DNA of 64,000 nt from an uncultured Pseudomonadales bacterium (GCA_964509365.1 CAZDWN010000001.1:11074-75073), one strand, 5' to 3'; counted from the stretch's first letter, positions 28,858-38,653 are shown. Notes: a model not told the origin generated them from the sequence alone. Made by a program: numbers and translations.

Positions 28858-29430
28858 TCAGTTGTTCCGGAGCGTGATCGAAGCACTAAAGGGGATGGAG
28901 ACTTTGTCTCGTGCACTTCCAGCCGCATTTTTTTCAAGTGTAAAACTCATCGTGACGATGGGAGGTGAACCGTCCCAACCACTCTGGCCATACGTACTTG
29001 GACTGCACGAAAACTGTAAAGTCCCAGTCGATGGGATCGTCAGATCTGTGGGCGCCATATCGGAATCAGTTCCATTGATTGTTGCTTCGAGTTTCCCGGC
29101 TTTCGTCCAGTAGCTGGTGATCGTGCCATCTTGGTTTTCGACAGAGATCGACTTCATGTTGGAATTGCAGATAGCTGACGGAGTATCTTTGTTCGCGACG
29201 ATTTTGCGAGCATTGCGGATGGTAAACGTCATTTGGCTGAGGATTTGGCCACCAGCTTGTTTGGCGTACTCACCAGAAGCAGTTTTGCCTCCGCCGACAA
29301 ACGTCGTAAAAAAAAGTGACACTGCGGTCAGGAGCAAAATTGCTGCCAGTCCGATCACGACGACCAGTTCAATTAACGTGTATCCATTGTTTTTTTTGGA
29401 ATTTGGATTTTGGATTTTGGATTTTTTCAT
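28858..29430 (-). CDS. Prepilin-type N-terminal cleavage/methylation domain protein (minor pilin)
   Basis: Class III signal peptide NNGYTLIELVVVIGLAAILL. Confidence 0.75.
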   Translation of the reverse strand: MKKSKIQNPNSKKNNGYTLIELVVVIGLAAILLLTAVSLFFTTFVGGGKTASGEYAKQAGGQILSQMTFTIRNARKIVANKDTPSAICNSNMKSISVENQDGTITSYWTKAGKLEATINGTDSDMAPTDLTIPSTGTLQFSCSPSTYGQSGWDGSPPIVTMSFTLEKNAAGSARDKVSIPFSASITLRNN

Positions 29431-29431
29431 G

Positions 29432-29890
29432 TTATTTCCACTGATAGAGTGTGACGGTCGATTCTGATTTCAAGACTCTCGATCCATCATTCCACGTCAC
29501 CGTCGCCACTGCCTGGATGGAGCTTGCTGTCGGTTTGGTGATCTGGATTTGGCGATAGAACTGACCTGAGATCATATTGTTTACGTTGGTGCCGCAGGCA
29601 GTGTTCGTCAAGTTTGCAAATGCCTTGTAATCCGCAGGGAGCGTCTTCATACAGTACGGGTTCCCAGTTTTACTGATGGCATAAAACGTTTCCCAGCCAG
29701 CTTGATCTCGCAAATTACGAAGTGACTCCAACGATTCGCGCACGTATTCCTTTGCGGTGGCTTGATCCTTGGCGATCCGGCTATTGCGCACACCGATGGA
29801 GATCCCAGAAACGAGTGTCGTCAGCACCAGGACCACGAGGCCGGCGGCGATGATGACTTCGATGAGCGTTTGTCCTGATTGGCTTTTCAT
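29432..29890 (-). CDS. Prepilin-type minor pilin
   Basis: SGQTLIEVIIAAGLVVLVL. Translationally coupled to its neighbours. Confidence 0.7.
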   Translation of the reverse strand: MKSQSGQTLIEVIIAAGLVVLVLTTLVSGISIGVRNSRIAKDQATAKEYVRESLESLRNLRDQAGWETFYAISKTGNPYCMKTLPADYKAFANLTNTACGTNVNNMISGQFYRQIQITKPTASSIQAVATVTWNDGSRVLKSESTVTLYQWK

Positions 29891-30390
29891 AATGCGACTG
29901 GGTCAGAGTCTTGGATCAACCCTTGATTGGAGACAGTGATCTTGTACTTGAGTCCTCCAGATCCAGTGAGGCAGTTTTTTGTGCAAAATTCGATCGCATA
30001 CGGGCTGGCTCCGACAAAGGTGACGTTGCCTCCGAGACTTTGAAATGTCAGCGTGAAATTATTTTTAAACGTCACACCGCTTGGTAAATTGACTGTCTTG
30101 GTAACTTGTGGAGTGCATGTGCCACCATAATTTTCAGTGATCGTATACGTCCCGCTTGAACCAGCAACTCGATATCCTGACATCGGTTGGTCTTTGCAAG
30201 CTTCGACTGATTTGACATTGGAGCTGGCTTTCGATTGCGCTTGACGCAGATCCACCAGCATTTGTTTTCCTGAGGTGATCACGATTTGGCGCAAGTTAAA
30301 TGTTCGATACCCGGCGACGCCACCGATCGTGACCACAGCGATCAGCCCAATGACGATCATGAGTTCGATGAGTGTAAAACCATTCTTCAT
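29887..30390 (-). CDS. Prepilin-type minor pilin
   Basis: MKNGFTLIELMIVIGLIAVV. Confidence 0.75.
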   Translation of the reverse strand: MKNGFTLIELMIVIGLIAVVTIGGVAGYRTFNLRQIVITSGKQMLVDLRQAQSKASSNVKSVEACKDQPMSGYRVAGSSGTYTITENYGGTCTPQVTKTVNLPSGVTFKNNFTLTFQSLGGNVTFVGASPYAIEFCTKNCLTGSGGLKYKITVSNQGLIQDSDPVAL

Positions 30391-30396
30391 AGGACC

Positions 30397-30813
30397 CTAT
30401 GGTTGGGTGACACAGAAGTAGTCACCCGTAGTCGTCGCGCTCACCCCACAAGTGTTGTTCGTATTTGGACCTTTGCCGAGGATCTCGAGCTGCGCACACA
30501 GACAATACTGTCCGGCTGCAGGCAGTGTGTAGTTGTACGAATATCCTACTTTTGGATCTTTTGGCAATGGATCTGAGATATATCCGTTTGTTCGCATGAC
30601 ATTCATTGCGTTCGTGAGATCCACAGGCGGGTAGGCACCAAACTGAGACCGGTACAGCTCTAATGCAGCGCGTACTTGAGACAGATCGCCTTTGCGTTTC
30701 CCATCACGCCCACTCTTCGCTGCATTCTGGAAGCTTGACAATCCGACCGTGGTGAGGACCGCGATGATCGCGATCACCACCAATAACTCGATCAGTGTAA
30801 AGCCTTTTCTCAT
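30397..30813 (-). CDS. Type IV pilin (PilA-like), paralog A
   Basis: MRKGFTLIELLVVIAIIAVL. C-terminal Cys pairs (YCLCAQ...CGV...YFCV). Confidence 0.8.
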   Translation of the reverse strand: MRKGFTLIELLVVIAIIAVLTTVGLSSFQNAAKSGRDGKRKGDLSQVRAALELYRSQFGAYPPVDLTNAMNVMRTNGYISDPLPKDPKVGYSYNYTLPAAGQYCLCAQLEILGKGPNTNNTCGVSATTTGDYFCVTQP

Positions 30814-30816
30814 AGT

Positions 30817-31269
30817 TTATTGCAGTTGTCTCACACAATAGTACCCTTGTGCAGCGGCCCCTGGAGCAACGAAGTTACATGATGAGTTTGTCGAATTACC
30901 TTTACCCAATACTTCTAGACCTGCACAAGCACAATAGGTCGTTGCTGTAGAAGCACACACATAGGTGTTTGGTGCGACATTTTTTGGATCAACCGGCATT
31001 TTTCCAGATTGGACGCTTGAGTACATCAAACTTGTACTCGTATTACAGTCATTCAAGTACACGTTATTGGTATTGTAATACTGTTCAAAGGAGTCTTGCA
31101 TCGCTTTGATGTCTCCATAGCGTCTGGCGTCACGTGCACGTGCTTGTGCAGATGTAAACGAAGACAATCCGATGGTTGAGAGGACAGCAATGATGGCGAT
31201 GACGACAAGCAATTCAATCAGAGTGAACCCTGCAGTGGTCTTGGTTTTTAATGCTGAGCGAAACGACAT
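30817..31269 (-). CDS. Type IV pilin (PilA-like), paralog B
   Basis: AGFTLIELLVVIAIIAVL. Same C-terminal Cys pattern as paralog A (YCACAG...CNF...YYCV). Confidence 0.8.
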   Translation of the reverse strand: MSFRSALKTKTTAGFTLIELLVVIAIIAVLSTIGLSSFTSAQARARDARRYGDIKAMQDSFEQYYNTNNVYLNDCNTSTSLMYSSVQSGKMPVDPKNVAPNTYVCASTATTYCACAGLEVLGKGNSTNSSCNFVAPGAAAQGYYCVRQLQ

Positions 31270-31289
31270 AGCAATTTCTCCTTATAGTT

Positions 31290-32195
31290 CTATTCTTTTC
31301 TAATATAGATCGTCGAGGCGTCGTTGACAACTGATGAATTGCCCTTGGTATCGGTGGCTTTGATCACGGCGGCATTACTACATGGGCCAGGACACGAGTA
31401 GGTGTGGACAAATGAACCAGCTGCTTCAGTCGAGCTATCATTTGCACCGTCACCATAGTCGATACTGACTTTGTCAATTTTCCCACCCAAGAGGGCAGAG
31501 GTGTATGAGAATGTGACGACCAGAGAGTCTGTGTCCATGCGCACGACATTGCCAGAGACCGGATACGGATCAGTGGTAAATGCTTGGACATACGGGAGCG
31601 GTGCACATGCGGCATAGCAATTGTTGGCACAGTCAGTGACTTTTGAAGATTGTAGCGCGCCTGTACCATGCTCTTGATCTGGAGAGCAACACTGATATCC
31701 CCATCCTAGACATGCAGTGGCTGGAGCTTCCGACGTTGTCTCTATTCCCACGTGTTCACTACTTGTATCGACCGTGAGTTCTTTTTTCGCTGCGAGCGAC
31801 TGCAGTGTGATTGTGCCCTTGGTCGGTCGGGTGAGATCGACATAATAGCCAGCTGTGCCAGGCACTTTCGTGACAAACATTGGCAGACTCCCACTGCGAA
31901 GTATCACTGGCGTATTTTCGATGAGAGTACAGAGCACTTCCGTTTGATAATGAGTGGCATCGATAAATCGCAATTGCACGGCGATCGGCTGCGAGATCTG
32001 ACTAGAAGCAGGCGCGTTTTGACACGTCTTCGTGAGATTACTGAGCGTCAGATGCACCGTCTCTAGATTTTTCATCTCATCCAAAAAGCCATTGAGTGAG
32101 ATCGCCATCCAGAGTTGGCCACAGAAAAAATACACAAACGCACCGAGGAAGGCGAGGATGCACACCCATTTGATAAAGAAGCCAGCGATTCTCAT
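31290..32195 (-). CDS. Membrane-anchored Cys-rich protein with PKD-like domain (pilus locus)
   Basis: Start set to MRIAGFFIKW (32195), giving an ATGA overlap with the pilD stop. TM helix. Cys cluster CLGWGYQCC...CANNCYAACAP. C-terminal PKD-like DYGDG...HTYSCPGPCSNAAVIKATDTKGN. Confidence 0.5.
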   Translation of the reverse strand: MRIAGFFIKWVCILAFLGAFVYFFCGQLWMAISLNGFLDEMKNLETVHLTLSNLTKTCQNAPASSQISQPIAVQLRFIDATHYQTEVLCTLIENTPVILRSGSLPMFVTKVPGTAGYYVDLTRPTKGTITLQSLAAKKELTVDTSSEHVGIETTSEAPATACLGWGYQCCSPDQEHGTGALQSSKVTDCANNCYAACAPLPYVQAFTTDPYPVSGNVVRMDTDSLVVTFSYTSALLGGKIDKVSIDYGDGANDSSTEAAGSFVHTYSCPGPCSNAAVIKATDTKGNSSVVNDASTIYIRKE

Positions 32196-33010
32196 AGCAT
32201 GGAGAGATACCAACTGACGAGACGGTCTCCCCACAATAATGCTACGACAGATCCGAATATCAAGAAAGGGCCAAATGGAATTACTCCGGTGAGTTTCTTT
32301 GATTTCCGCCACATCATGAGCATCCCGACTATCGCTCCAGAGACACATGCCACAAAGATCGCCACGATACTGTTGGGATAGCCCAAGATGATGCCAAGTG
32401 GAAACACGAGCTTCACGTCTCCCAATCCCATTCCACGACCTTTCGTAATCAGCACGAGTGCAAAGAAAAAGAGGCTGCACACCAGTGCCGTCGCCAATGA
32501 GATAATGAAGTCTTGCGTCTGCATCGCGCCAGTGTGCGCAAGATACAGTCGATACATGACTGAGGCGACCGTGAGTAAGACGACCGTACTATCGGGGATG
32601 ATCATGTACGAGATATCAGTAAAGGTAATCACGAGAAAAAGAATACCGACGGAGAGCCAAAAAATCGGTTGGATAAAACTCAATGGCTGACTCGACAATT
32701 GAAAGAACGTAAATCCAACCATGTACCACCACACAAACAGCGCTCCGGTGAGCAGCTCCACTGCTGGATACTCCCATGGGATGGGAGTCTTGCAATGGCG
32801 ACAGCGACGCTTGAGGATCAAGAACGAAAAAAGGGGAATGTTGTCGTACCAAGCGATCGGTTTCTTACATTCATCGCAGTACGAGCGACCACGGATCGGA
32901 GAATCCCCATGGACCATCCGGTAGATGACCACGTTTAAAAAACTTCCGATCGCAAGTCCAAACAGAAATAAGACAGCTGCTACAAATAAAAACGGGATCA
33001 TACTTGCCAC
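32192..33010 (-). CDS. pilD: Prepilin peptidase (A24 family)
   Basis: N-terminal tetracysteine (CDECKK...CRHCK). Polytopic with catalytic Asp motifs (DISYMIIPD, GLGDVKL). Confidence 0.85.
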   Translation of the reverse strand: MASMIPFLFVAAVLFLFGLAIGSFLNVVIYRMVHGDSPIRGRSYCDECKKPIAWYDNIPLFSFLILKRRCRHCKTPIPWEYPAVELLTGALFVWWYMVGFTFFQLSSQPLSFIQPIFWLSVGILFLVITFTDISYMIIPDSTVVLLTVASVMYRLYLAHTGAMQTQDFIISLATALVCSLFFFALVLITKGRGMGLGDVKLVFPLGIILGYPNSIVAIFVACVSGAIVGMLMMWRKSKKLTGVIPFGPFLIFGSVVALLWGDRLVSWYLSML

Positions 33011-33113
33011 AGTATACTATACCAATTGCGCCTTGCTAGGCAGCGGATCGCACTGACAAAAAACTCCCCCAGGTTTCCCTGGAGGAGTTTTGAATTTCAT
33101 GTAGTACGAAAGA

Positions 33114-33692
33114 TCAAGGAACACAAATTGGATTGGTTCCTGCTGTTGTTGGTGGCGTCCCATCGGTGGTTGCACACGTTTGCGGCCTGATTACGTTTAT
33201 AACGTCACCATTTGTATCACAGTATTGATCAGCGATCTTGCGATTGGAGTTTGATTTCGGGTAGTAGCACATATACGTACTACTTCCTGAGCCAGCTGCG
33301 TGGAGGATCAAGATCGATTTACTCAGTTTGAGTCGGTTCGCAAATGCATCTTTGATCTCTTGCGTCACAGCCAAGTTATCTACCCATTTCCAGTCTGGAC
33401 TGCCAGAGCGTGAGTCAAAGACCCAAGCACCTGCTGGATCGATATCACTTCCTGGAGCATACCCAGTCGCTGACGCCACATTCCATGGAAAGACCGAAGG
33501 ATTTGAGTTCGTGTAGTAGCGCTCTGAAGCACCCAACAGTTGTGACACATCAGAGTTCGTTTGTGTGTCTCGACCTTTGTTGATTTGTTCGAGCGGATTG
33601 ATAGCCGAGAGCACTGCGACCGCGAGGATGGCGATGATCGCGATGACGACCAAAAGCTCGATGAGTGTAAATCCATTTCGACGAAGTGTCAT
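33114..33692 (-). CDS. Type IV pilin
   Basis: RRNGFTLIELLVVIAIIAILAV class III signal. Confidence 0.8.
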   Translation of the reverse strand: MTLRRNGFTLIELLVVIAIIAILAVAVLSAINPLEQINKGRDTQTNSDVSQLLGASERYYTNSNPSVFPWNVASATGYAPGSDIDPAGAWVFDSRSGSPDWKWVDNLAVTQEIKDAFANRLKLSKSILILHAAGSGSSTYMCYYPKSNSNRKIADQYCDTNGDVINVIRPQTCATTDGTPPTTAGTNPICVP

Positions 33693-33707
33693 ACTGCTCC
33701 TTTTAGA

Positions 33708-34907
33708 TTAGAACTGATTGGTCAAATTATATATTGGCATGATGATCGCAATGATCAAAAACCCGACCCCAAGTCCTAATACGATCATGATAAGAGGTTC
33801 CAGAGCGGTCGTCAATCCTTTGACGGCGTGCTCGGACTCTGACTCGAAGTAACTCGACAGTTTGAGGAGGACCTCATCCATCTTTCCTGTCTCTTCACCG
33901 ACGGAGATCATCTGCGACATCAGGACAGGGAACTCCTGACGGTGTGCGACACTGGATGCCAAGGTCTGACCTTTTTCCACTTCCTTATATATTTTTTGAA
34001 GAGCTTGCTTAAAGACCATGTTCTCGACCGCATCGGTCGCGATTTCTAGAGCGAGCAGTAGGGAGATACCAGCACTGACGAGCAGAGAGAGCGTACGCGT
34101 GAGCTCGACGAGCGTCGTCTTTGCGCGAATATCTCCAAAGACCGGCATCTTGAGCAGGAGTTCATCGATCTTCAGTCTGCCTTGCGGAGTCTTGTAGTAC
34201 GCACGCACTCCCAAGAATATACCGACGGCACCGATGACAAAGACGTACCAAAATTGCGACATGATATTGGACATCCCGATGAGGATCTTGGTAGGTCCAG
34301 GTAATTCTGCGCCAAAATCTTTATACATTGATGTCATCTTTGGCACGACAAACACCATCATGATAAAACCGACGACGACCATCGCGGTGAGCACGATCGC
34401 AGGGTAGACGAGCGCGCCTTTGGTTTTCGCTGAGAATTCTTTTTCTTTTTCGAGGGTATCTGCGAGACGATTGAGGACTTTCTCCAAGACACCAGCAGAC
34501 TCACCCGCTTTGATGAGCGCAATGTAGACGTCACTAAACGGTGGTTGATGTTTTTCGATCGCTTTGGCGAGCGTCGATCCACCTTCGACATCACGTCTGA
34601 CTGCTTCGATCACTTTTTGCATCGATGGTTTCGCCTGCACCATGAGGATGCCAAGAGCTTCAGTCAATGGAAGTCCAGCGGTGATCATCGTCGAGAGCTG
34701 GCGCGTGAAGTTCACCACATCTGTTGAGGAGATATTGGAGAACTGCAGCATGTTCGTGAGACTGCGATCTTTATATTGCGTCAGGGAGATGACAAAGAGT
34801 CCGCGCTCACGCAAGATCACGCTCGCGTCCTTGATGCTTTGCGCTTCGACTTTACCGGTAACCGCTTCGTTTTTCTGCGTGCGGGCTTTGTAAGAATAAG
34901 TAAGCAT
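33708..34907 (-). CDS. pilC: Type IV pilus assembly platform protein PilC (GspF family)
   Basis: Two GspF repeats, three TM segments, ~400 aa. Confidence 0.85.
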   Translation of the reverse strand: MLTYSYKARTQKNEAVTGKVEAQSIKDASVILRERGLFVISLTQYKDRSLTNMLQFSNISSTDVVNFTRQLSTMITAGLPLTEALGILMVQAKPSMQKVIEAVRRDVEGGSTLAKAIEKHQPPFSDVYIALIKAGESAGVLEKVLNRLADTLEKEKEFSAKTKGALVYPAIVLTAMVVVGFIMMVFVVPKMTSMYKDFGAELPGPTKILIGMSNIMSQFWYVFVIGAVGIFLGVRAYYKTPQGRLKIDELLLKMPVFGDIRAKTTLVELTRTLSLLVSAGISLLLALEIATDAVENMVFKQALQKIYKEVEKGQTLASSVAHRQEFPVLMSQMISVGEETGKMDEVLLKLSSYFESESEHAVKGLTTALEPLIMIVLGLGVGFLIIAIIMPIYNLTNQF

Positions 34908-34993
34908 ACATAGGTGTAGAAAGTAGTATGTAGCGAGTAGTAAGGGTTTTTGTATTTCTTCCTTGCTACTTTCTACTTACTGCTTACTACTTT
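34908..34993. repeat. Heptanucleotide (GTAGNNN)n inverted-arm repeat element, pilC-pilT intergenic
   Basis: gtagaaa gtagtat gtagcga gtagtaa ... ctacttt ctactta ctgctta ctac. A purine-rich arm is followed by its pyrimidine-rich complement. Confidence 0.6.
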
Positions 34994-36076
34994 TCACCGC
35001 TTTACTAAGCGAGCTAATTGGTCTGGCCACTGAGCGACAGCTTCTGCATCTTGATACGAGATTTGACCTTGGTTCACGAGTTTGGCGAGACTGGCTTCCA
35101 GTGAGATCATGCCCATGTCTGAAGATGTTGAGATCACGTTGTCCAGCTGGAACGTTTTTCCTTCACGCACGATATTGCGGACAGCTCCATTTGCGAGCAG
35201 GACTTCGACAGCCGGGATGCGATCATCTTGCAAGGTATGCATCAATCGTTGTGAGACGACAGCTTGGAGCGTGTTCGCAAGCTGCATTCTGACTTGACCT
35301 TGCTGATGCTCTGGGAAGACGTCGATGATACGATCAATGGTTTGTGATGCAGAGTTGGTGTGGAGTGTGGCAAAGACGAGGTGTCCCGTCTCCGCGACAG
35401 TGAGTGCGGCTGCGATCGTCTCGTAGTCTCGCATCTCGCCGACGAGCACGACATCTGGATCCTCGCGCAGTGCAGATTTGAGGGCGACTTCCCAGGAGTG
35501 CGTATCCGCATGCAGTTCACGCTGTGAGATGATACTTTTCTTGCGCGTGTAAATAAACTCGATTGGATCCTCGATGGTGAGGATGTGTTCACCACGATTG
35601 GTGTTGATCTCGTCGATGATCGCGGCGAGGGACGATGATTTACCTTGACCTGTTGGGCCAGTAAAGAGGATAAAGCCTTGCTTCATCGTCGTGAATTGGT
35701 GGAGGATCGGAGGCAATCGCAATTCCTCGATCGTACGGATCTTTGCAGGGATGAGACGCAGAGCAGCTGCAAGCGTCCCTTTGTGGTAGTAGGCGTTGAC
35801 GCGGAATCTACCAATGTCTTTAAACTGAAATGAAAAGTCGACTTCTTTATTGACAAGCAATTGATCCTTAAATTCTTGCGTGAGCAGACCGAAGATCAAT
35901 GTTTGGGAGTGAGCGGCATCGAGGACATCTTCTCCTTCGATCGGCACCAGCTGGCCATTCACGCGCAGACAGGGTGGGGAACCGACGATCAAATGCAAAT
36001 CAGACGCACCTTGCGTGGCACACAGTGAAAGCATCTCTTCAATAGTCATAGCGTTTCCTTTATATCCATTGCTCAT
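34994..36076 (-). CDS. pilT: Twitching motility retraction ATPase PilT
   Basis: ASDLHL N-terminal motif, Walker A GPTGQGKSS, ~360 aa PilT size. Confidence 0.85.
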   Translation of the reverse strand: MSNGYKGNAMTIEEMLSLCATQGASDLHLIVGSPPCLRVNGQLVPIEGEDVLDAAHSQTLIFGLLTQEFKDQLLVNKEVDFSFQFKDIGRFRVNAYYHKGTLAAALRLIPAKIRTIEELRLPPILHQFTTMKQGFILFTGPTGQGKSSSLAAIIDEINTNRGEHILTIEDPIEFIYTRKKSIISQRELHADTHSWEVALKSALREDPDVVLVGEMRDYETIAAALTVAETGHLVFATLHTNSASQTIDRIIDVFPEHQQGQVRMQLANTLQAVVSQRLMHTLQDDRIPAVEVLLANGAVRNIVREGKTFQLDNVISTSSDMGMISLEASLAKLVNQGQISYQDAEAVAQWPDQLARLVKR

Positions 36077-36159
36077 TTAATACTTACACATATTCCTGTC
36101 AGTGTACAGTTGCTAGAGAAGTAGTAAGCAAACTACATACTACTTACTGCTTGCTACTT
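36077..36159. repeat. Heptanucleotide inverted-arm repeat element, pilT-pilB intergenic
   Basis: agaagtagtaagcaaa ... ctacata ctactta ctgcttg ctacttc. Same family as 34908-34993. Confidence 0.6.
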
Positions 36160-37953
36160 CTAAACCTGCGCCACACGCAAGACTTCTTCGATTGTCGTGA
36201 TCCCATCGAGCGCTTTGAGATACCCGTCTTGTTTCATGAGCATCATGCCGTCTTCCAGCCCTTGTTTCTCGATATCGTTAGCGGTCTGATGTTCCAGCAC
36301 GAGTCGTGCGATCTTGTCATTCATGGTGATGACCTCAAAGATACCGATACGACCAGAATATCCCGTATCATCATTGGATTTTGATTTGACACCTCGATAC
36401 AGCTTCATTGGTTTACCATCCATTCCTTTTGATTTGGCCCACCCATCATAGAGCGCTCCTAGCACAGTGCGGATATCTTTTTCGACCGCAGGCTCTGGAG
36501 TGTATTCTTCTTTTTCATCTGCGATTTTTCGCACGACACGTTGTGCCATGACGAGCGTGATGGATGATGCAAGCAAGAATGGTTCCATTCCCATATCGAG
36601 GAGACGAGGGAGTGCACCGGCGGCGGAGTTCGTGTGCAACGTTGAGAAGACGAGGTGACCCGTGAGAGATGCTTGCACCGCAAGTTCCGCAGTCTCGCTA
36701 TCACGGATTTCTCCCACCATGATGATATTTGGATCTTGGCGCAAAAAAGATCGGAGTCCTGATGCAAATGTCAGTCCGGCTTGCGGGTTGATTTGGACTT
36801 GGTTGATACCTTCCATTTGATACTCGACAGGATCTTCGAGTGTCATGATGTTCACTTTTGGTGAGTTGATCTTATGGAGGAGCGAGTAGAGCGTCGATGT
36901 TTTTCCTGACCCCGTTGGACCAGTGACCAGGACAATTCCGTGAGGGACGTTTGAGGCAGTCTCGAGCCTGGTAAGGGCAGTACCTCGCAGTCCCAGTTCA
37001 GACAAAGTAGGGATTGCACCGGATTTTTTCAACAAACGCATGACGATCTTCTCGCCGTGCACCGTCGGCAGCGTCGAGATACGCAAATCGACTTCATCGG
37101 CTTGTGTACGAAAGGTAAAGCGACCGTCTTGTGGCACACGTTTCTCATCGATCTTCAAATCAGAGAGGATCTTAATACGAGAGACGAGTGCTGGATGGAC
37201 ACTTTTGGGGAGCACGAGTTTTTCCGTCAAGATACCGTCGATACGATAGCGGACGCGTGTCCTGGTCTCGAGTGGTTCGATATGGACGTCAGACGCGCGA
37301 GACTTGACGGCAAACGCGAGGATGGTCTCGACGATTTTGGCGATTGGCGCTTCGCGAATGATCTCATTACTATTGGCTTGGCTGATATCGATCTCGACTC
37401 CACTCGCTACGAGTGTTTGGCCTTGATCCGTTTCTTTGAGTGCCGCAGTGACTTCACTCGTCAGACTCTGCGCGTACCGTTCACTGATCGCTCGATCGAC
37501 TTCATACTCCGAGCCGATACTGACGATCACTTTGCGACCCGTTTTTTTCTGTACGAAGTCCAAAGCAAGCAAGTCACTCGGATTGATCATCGCGATCGAC
37601 ACTGAGTGATCTTCATCATTGAGGGCATAGGGGATCAGTCTGTAGCGTCGCGCCACACTTTCGGGGATGATGGAGAGCGCTTGCGGCGCTATCCCCGTCT
37701 CAGAGAGTTTGACGTAGGGGACGTTGTACGCTTTCGCTTTCGCTTGTGTGAGGACTTCTTCGTTGACGAGATTTTTATCTTTGATCAGTTCATCGATCGT
37801 TTTATTGGAGTTGATGTGCTCAAGTGCGAGATCATCATATTGCGCTTGGGTGATATTTCCTTGGGTGAGGAGGATCTGCGCAGCGTTCGTCGCGGTAAAA
37901 CCGACGTTTGAGAATTGCGATGAATCAGTAGCTTGTGACTGGGCAGAGTCCAT
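36160..37953 (-). CDS. pilB: Type IV pilus assembly ATPase PilB (GspE family)
   Basis: Walker A GPTGSGKTST. GspE N-terminal domain. ~600 aa. Confidence 0.9.
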   Translation of the reverse strand: MDSAQSQATDSSQFSNVGFTATNAAQILLTQGNITQAQYDDLALEHINSNKTIDELIKDKNLVNEEVLTQAKAKAYNVPYVKLSETGIAPQALSIIPESVARRYRLIPYALNDEDHSVSIAMINPSDLLALDFVQKKTGRKVIVSIGSEYEVDRAISERYAQSLTSEVTAALKETDQGQTLVASGVEIDISQANSNEIIREAPIAKIVETILAFAVKSRASDVHIEPLETRTRVRYRIDGILTEKLVLPKSVHPALVSRIKILSDLKIDEKRVPQDGRFTFRTQADEVDLRISTLPTVHGEKIVMRLLKKSGAIPTLSELGLRGTALTRLETASNVPHGIVLVTGPTGSGKTSTLYSLLHKINSPKVNIMTLEDPVEYQMEGINQVQINPQAGLTFASGLRSFLRQDPNIIMVGEIRDSETAELAVQASLTGHLVFSTLHTNSAAGALPRLLDMGMEPFLLASSITLVMAQRVVRKIADEKEEYTPEPAVEKDIRTVLGALYDGWAKSKGMDGKPMKLYRGVKSKSNDDTGYSGRIGIFEVITMNDKIARLVLEHQTANDIEKQGLEDGMMLMKQDGYLKALDGITTIEEVLRVAQV

Positions 37954-37998
37954 AGTTCCTATCAGTGTAGCAAGGCGTTACAATCGTTCGCAATACCT

Positions 37999-38643
37999 AT
38001 GTATGATATTTCTCTAGTAGTGAGGACTCCATCACCGGCCGATACCGACGATCTCCAGACGATTGTGAGAGAATTTTCGCAGATCAAGAACTATATATTT
38101 GACTCACACCCCGATGTGACGCTGCTCAAACCCTTAGAGGACAAGGTGAGTATCTCGATCGATCAAGTCCATGGCCTACATGCGAATCTCTCTTTGTCTC
38201 CAGTGATGGGAGCTCAAAAGGTCCTGCTCATTCATCCGGCACATGCACTGACCTTGCCAGCGCAGCAAGCGATGCTCAAACTGCTCGAGGAGCCACCGAG
38301 CAAAGTGTTGTTTATTCTCGTCACGCATACGCCGTATGTATTGCTCCCAACCATTCTCTCAAGATGCCGAATAGTGTTTCCCCTTACTCAAGGGGAAATA
38401 GCCAAGCAAAGCATAGCTGAAGGGGTCGTGACAAGAGAGGTGAAAAACCACGCCGAAGCGATCAAAATTTCAGACGAGTTCGGCGCAAAGAAAGACACTG
38501 CGCTTGCGTATATACACAATGTAATAGCGACAGCAGATGATCCACATGTCAAAAAAGCAGCTATTAAAGCCTTGGGACTCCTAAACAAAAACATCAATGC
38601 GAAATTAGTCCTAGATCAGTTTTTGTTCTCAACATTGAAGTAG
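37999..38643 (+). CDS. holB: DNA polymerase III delta-prime subunit-like
   Basis: LKLLEEPP and ILSRC motifs of clamp-loader delta-prime/gamma. No Walker A. Confidence 0.6.
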   Translation: MYDISLVVRTPSPADTDDLQTIVREFSQIKNYIFDSHPDVTLLKPLEDKVSISIDQVHGLHANLSLSPVMGAQKVLLIHPAHALTLPAQQAMLKLLEEPPSKVLFILVTHTPYVLLPTILSRCRIVFPLTQGEIAKQSIAEGVVTREVKNHAEAIKISDEFGAKKDTALAYIHNVIATADDPHVKKAAIKALGLLNKNINAKLVLDQFLFSTLK

Positions 38644-38653
38644 GCTTCGCGTC

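Noticed and set aside
34908-36159. Possibility that the heptad-repeat regions are a CRISPR array
   Set aside because: There is no regular repeat-spacer periodicity. The units are 7 nt, degenerate and arranged as inverted arms. No cas genes are present.
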